This document shows positions 6,349-9,246 of a stretch of DNA of 9,246 nucleotides, in pieces. The number at the start of each line of letters is the position of its first letter. The stretch's first letter is position 1. The stretch is from an uncultured archaeon (GTDB lineage: Archaea; Asgardarchaeota; Jordiarchaeia; Jordiarchaeales; Jordiarchaeaceae), in contig CAZECW010000088.1 in the NCBI GenBank assembly GCA_964510585.1, forward strand, positions 1 to 9,246, written 5' to 3'. A program made the translations under genes and the position numbers. The notes under the pieces were generated by a model. The model saw only the letters and a list, made by a program, of their open reading frames with translations, was not told where the DNA came from and did no database searches.

Positions 6349-7436
6349 ATGTGGAATTAATTGAATCAAGTAAAGGCTGCTGTGCGCTTGTGAGTTTACC
6401 TAAAACCTTTAGGGCTGTGAGTTCCGCCCCACTGGGATTCGGCATAATAAGTGTGGATAAGATTCTCATTCTTCAAGTTACCAGGGACTATGATTCGGAG
6501 CGGCCAGAGGACGAACTCCAAGACCTAATTGATGATTTAAACCTTGGAAAAAACACTGTGGGACTAATGACCGCCGCGGAAGTGAAAAAGGTATTAACAG
6601 TAACTCATCGATCATTAGATGATTTACAGATAACCGTTGTTGCCACCGCTGGTGCTTCAAACGCCCTAATAGCGGGGGAGGATCCCTATAAAAAAGAGAG
6701 TGAGAGGAAGCATTCTGGAACTATTAACATTATTGCTTTAGTCAATAAAGCATTGACCGACGGGGCCTTAGTAAATGCGGTTATTACTGCAACTGAGGCG
6801 AAGAGTGTAGCTCTGAGGAACCTTGGTTTTGCAGCGAGCGGAACAACCACAGACAGCATAGTAATTGCCTGTCCCCCCGATGGAGGAAAGCTGAGATACG
6901 CTGGGACAGCTACTGATGTGGGGATTCTTTTATCCCGAGCAGTTAAACAAGCGGTTATAGAATCGTTGACAAAAGCTGGAGAAGCGAAAAGCAGAAATTT
7001 TATGGACAGACTCTGCGAGCGTGGCATAACAATGGAAAATTTGTTGGATGCCGCTATGGAACTCCAAATTCCAGATACTGAACACAGCACCGAAGAAATA
7101 AGGAAATTTTTTGTGGAGGAGATTAACAGGTTAACAGGTGATGTAAACATTAACTCCCTAGTTTGCTCAGCCATGTTTCTTGAGGACCTCGGTTCAAGCG
7201 GGGGAATTTATGGACTCAGCGTAGACGACTTCAAAAAGGATCCGGTTCATATCTTGGCGGATGAAATCCTAGGAATGGCCATCGCGGAGTACATCGCTGG
7301 AACAAAGGGCCTTTTAAACTACGTCCGATACGACAGGAAGAAGCCGGGCATAATTGCCACCCTGGGACCTTTTCTGGACGATGTTGTAGCTTCTCTGGTG
7401 GGAGGAATCATGTCAAGTATCTACTCAAAACTCTAA
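6333..7436 (+). CDS. cbiS: Bifunctional adenosylcobinamide amidohydrolase (CbiZ) / alpha-ribazole-phosphate phosphatase (archaeal CobZ) fusion, CbiS-like
   Basis: The N-terminal domain to ~6990 has CbiZ motifs GLMTAA, TAGASN, GTINI, ATEAK and GTTTDS. The C-terminal ~145 aa has archaeal CobZ-type motifs ADEILGMAIAEYIAG, YVRYDRKKPG and LGPFLDD. ATG 6333 is preferred over TTG 6324. Confidence 0.85.
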   Translation: MLPDINVELIESSKGCCALVSLPKTFRAVSSAPLGFGIISVDKILILQVTRDYDSERPEDELQDLIDDLNLGKNTVGLMTAAEVKKVLTVTHRSLDDLQITVVATAGASNALIAGEDPYKKESERKHSGTINIIALVNKALTDGALVNAVITATEAKSVALRNLGFAASGTTTDSIVIACPPDGGKLRYAGTATDVGILLSRAVKQAVIESLTKAGEAKSRNFMDRLCERGITMENLLDAAMELQIPDTEHSTEEIRKFFVEEINRLTGDVNINSLVCSAMFLEDLGSSGGIYGLSVDDFKKDPVHILADEILGMAIAEYIAGTKGLLNYVRYDRKKPGIIATLGPFLDDVVASLVGGIMSSIYSKL

Positions 7437-7437
7437 A

Positions 7438-8244
7438 ATGGAGCATGTAGAAATGGGGGCTATAGACGGCTTAAAAACACTAGTAGCCATGTTTACCGTA
7501 ATTCCCGTTAGGAAGAGCCACTTCTCTGAGGAGACTTCAGAGTATTTGCCCCTAACCATCATTATAGGTGCCCTTTATGGAGTTTTTGCTGGAACAGTCT
7601 ACTCTGGATTGGCGCTTATACTTCCTACTTTCGCCTCGGCTGCAATTATGCTTCTAACCGTATATTTACTGAACGGCTTTTTCCATGTAGACGGGCTCAT
7701 AGATTTTGGAGATGGAATCGCAGCATTTGGAGACAAGCAGAAGAAGCTAAGCGCCATGAAGGATGTCCGAGTGGGAGCTGGAGGTCTAATCCTTGCACTT
7801 CTAACAACAATAGCAACGGTGTCACTCTACAGCGTATTACCATATGTTCAACTATTCCTATTCGTCTTTGCGATAGAGGTTTTGTGCAAAAATTCCCTAC
7901 TGGCGTGCGCCACTCTCGGTAAGCCCCACGAGTCCGGAATAGGCAAACAATTCGTAGAGGGGATGAACAAGAAAAGGCTTTTAGCATCAACCCTACTGAC
8001 ATTAGCATTCTTAATCCTCATAATGTTCTCCTACAATTATTTTCTCCACCTCAGTATAACCTGCGAAGTAAAAATTTTCCTCCTATTCTCACCCGTACTA
8101 TCCCTTATTTCTGGGGCCTTCATTGCTGTTCTCTCCAACAGGATCTTTGGCTGTGTCACTGGTGATGTACTGGGCGCTTCACACGAGATTTCCAGACTCA
8201 TTTTACTAGCATTAATAGTGGCGGTGATTTCACTATATGCTTAG
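7438..8244 (+). CDS. cobS: Adenosylcobinamide-GDP ribazoletransferase (cobamide synthase) CobS
   Basis: Multi-TM protein with FTVIP, GFFHVDGLIDFGDG, AMKDVRVGAGG and FGCVTGDVLGAS. ATG 7453 is an alternative start. Confidence 0.93.
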   Translation: MEHVEMGAIDGLKTLVAMFTVIPVRKSHFSEETSEYLPLTIIIGALYGVFAGTVYSGLALILPTFASAAIMLLTVYLLNGFFHVDGLIDFGDGIAAFGDKQKKLSAMKDVRVGAGGLILALLTTIATVSLYSVLPYVQLFLFVFAIEVLCKNSLLACATLGKPHESGIGKQFVEGMNKKRLLASTLLTLAFLILIMFSYNYFLHLSITCEVKIFLLFSPVLSLISGAFIAVLSNRIFGCVTGDVLGASHEISRLILLALIVAVISLYA

Positions 8245-8911
8245 GATTGATGGTCTCATTATGGCTGGGGGAAGAAGCTTAAGAATTAAAGAACTTGGGG
8301 AAAAACCAATGATACGCCTAAACGGGCGCCCCCTGATAGACTATGTGTTAAAGGCAATGAGCGAGTCGAAACTCATCAAGAGCATCCACGTAGCAGTAAG
8401 TTCACACACAAAAAACACCACAGATTACCTAAAAAGGGTTAAGAAATACCATTTTCAAATAGTTCAAACTCCCGGAGCAGGCTACATAGAAGACCTACGA
8501 TACGCCATTAATCTTTCTGGAATGTCTGATGTGCTTGTTTGCCCCGCCGACACCCCATTCCTCAGGGGAGACCTATTAGACCTAGTGGTGAAGGAGTTCT
8601 TCAGAGTTGGTAAACCATCACTTGTAACCGTGGTTCCCCTAGAAATGGTACAAAGTTTGGGTCTAGGACCCACAACAGTAATGAAAATAGATGAATTGGA
8701 CATGGTGCCCACAGGGGTAAACGTGGTTAAAGGAGAAAAACTAGTCACTGGAGCAACTCTTGATGAGAGCTACTTCAAAGTAAGCCGCAAAGAATTCGCC
8801 ATTAACATAAATAGCAGGAGAGACCTAAAAATCGCCGAAAAAATACTCAAAAATCGCCCAAAAAAATTTCAACCCACAAGATTTATGAGTCATTTTAAAT
8901 CCACTCCTTAA
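8237..8911 (+). CDS. cobY: GTP:adenosylcobinamide-phosphate guanylyltransferase CobY
   Basis: Nucleotidyltransferase motifs LIMAGG..R, EKPMIRLNGRPLIDYV, GAGYIEDL, ADTPFL and ININSRRDLKIAE. Lies beside cobS; GGTGA at 8223-8227. Confidence 0.9.
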   Translation: MLRIDGLIMAGGRSLRIKELGEKPMIRLNGRPLIDYVLKAMSESKLIKSIHVAVSSHTKNTTDYLKRVKKYHFQIVQTPGAGYIEDLRYAINLSGMSDVLVCPADTPFLRGDLLDLVVKEFFRVGKPSLVTVVPLEMVQSLGLGPTTVMKIDELDMVPTGVNVVKGEKLVTGATLDESYFKVSRKEFAININSRRDLKIAEKILKNRPKKFQPTRFMSHFKSTP

Positions 8912-8947
8912 AAAAGCCCTAAAGCCACAATTTTTAGAGGTGATTAA

Positions 8948-9246
8948 TTGCCTGATTTCTGGGAAGTGCTCTACACCAGAAGAAGCATTCGAGAATTCAA
9001 AAAAGGGGCTCCAGTGGAACCCTGGAAAATAGAAAAAATATTGGACGCTGCTAGGTGGGCTCCCAGCCCTGAAAATATGCAGTACTGGAGAATGGTTTTG
9101 GTAAAAGACCAAGAAATGAAAGAATACATAGCAGATATGGCCCAGGAGCATGGAGCAACAGTTTTTGGAAACTTTCCCTACGAAATAGTTGAAGATAGAC
9201 TCTGGTACATCCCAGAAAAATCTAGAGCAGCGGTCATTGAAAGAGC
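8948..9246 (+). CDS. Nitroreductase-family flavoprotein; 3' end runs off the window
   Basis: Manual translation from TTG 8948 (in-frame TAA just before it, GAGGTGAT at 8937-8944): MPDFWEVLYTRRSIREFKKGAPVEPWKIEKILDAARWAPSPENMQYWRMVLVKDQEMKEYIADMAQEHGATVFGNFPYEIVEDRLWYIPEKSRAAVIER. RRSIR and APS..N.Q.W are nitroreductase FMN-binding motifs. Confidence 0.88.
   Translation, partial: MPDFWEVLYTRRSIREFKKGAPVEPWKIEKILDAARWAPSPENMQYWRMVLVKDQEMKEYIADMAQEHGATVFGNFPYEIVEDRLWYIPEKSRAAVIER

Noticed and set aside
1247-9151. The remaining short alternate-frame and minus-strand ORFs in the track (e.g. 2335..2724, 2483..2824, 2805..3149, 6686..7174, 7697..8008, 8825..9151)
   Set aside because: All overlap well-supported conserved genes and show no family signatures; strand-biased composition lowers stop frequency in these frames.
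8948-9246. Calling the nitroreductase bluB
   Set aside because: It lacks the BluB-type RRD.R and APSVG motifs and only ~99 codons are visible.

Overview
An archaeal-type cobamide (vitamin B12) uptake, salvage and remodelling cluster. An archaeal CobT phosphoribosyltransferase (minus strand, runs off the left edge, absent from the ORF track) is transcribed divergently from a tightly coupled plus-strand run: btuF-btuC-btuD-like ABC importer, cobD, cbiB, a CbiZ-CobZ fusion (cbiS-like), cobS, cobY, and a nitroreductase-family gene that runs off the right edge (also absent from the ORF track). Archaeal origin is inferred from CobY, CbiZ, CobZ, the archaeal CobT class, TATA-like elements and GAGGTGA ribosome-binding sites. 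The most striking non-coding signal is in the ~130 bp divergent spacer. It is too short for a cobalamin riboswitch but holds two abutting 19-bp palindromic boxes (1038-1056, 1057-1075) with DtxR/IdeR-like geometry, lying between two inward-facing TATA-like elements. This suggests protein-based, possibly metal-responsive, control of B12 salvage. Also notable are kb-scale flips in strand composition within the same-strand gene run. No RNA genes, CRISPR arrays or mobile elements were seen.
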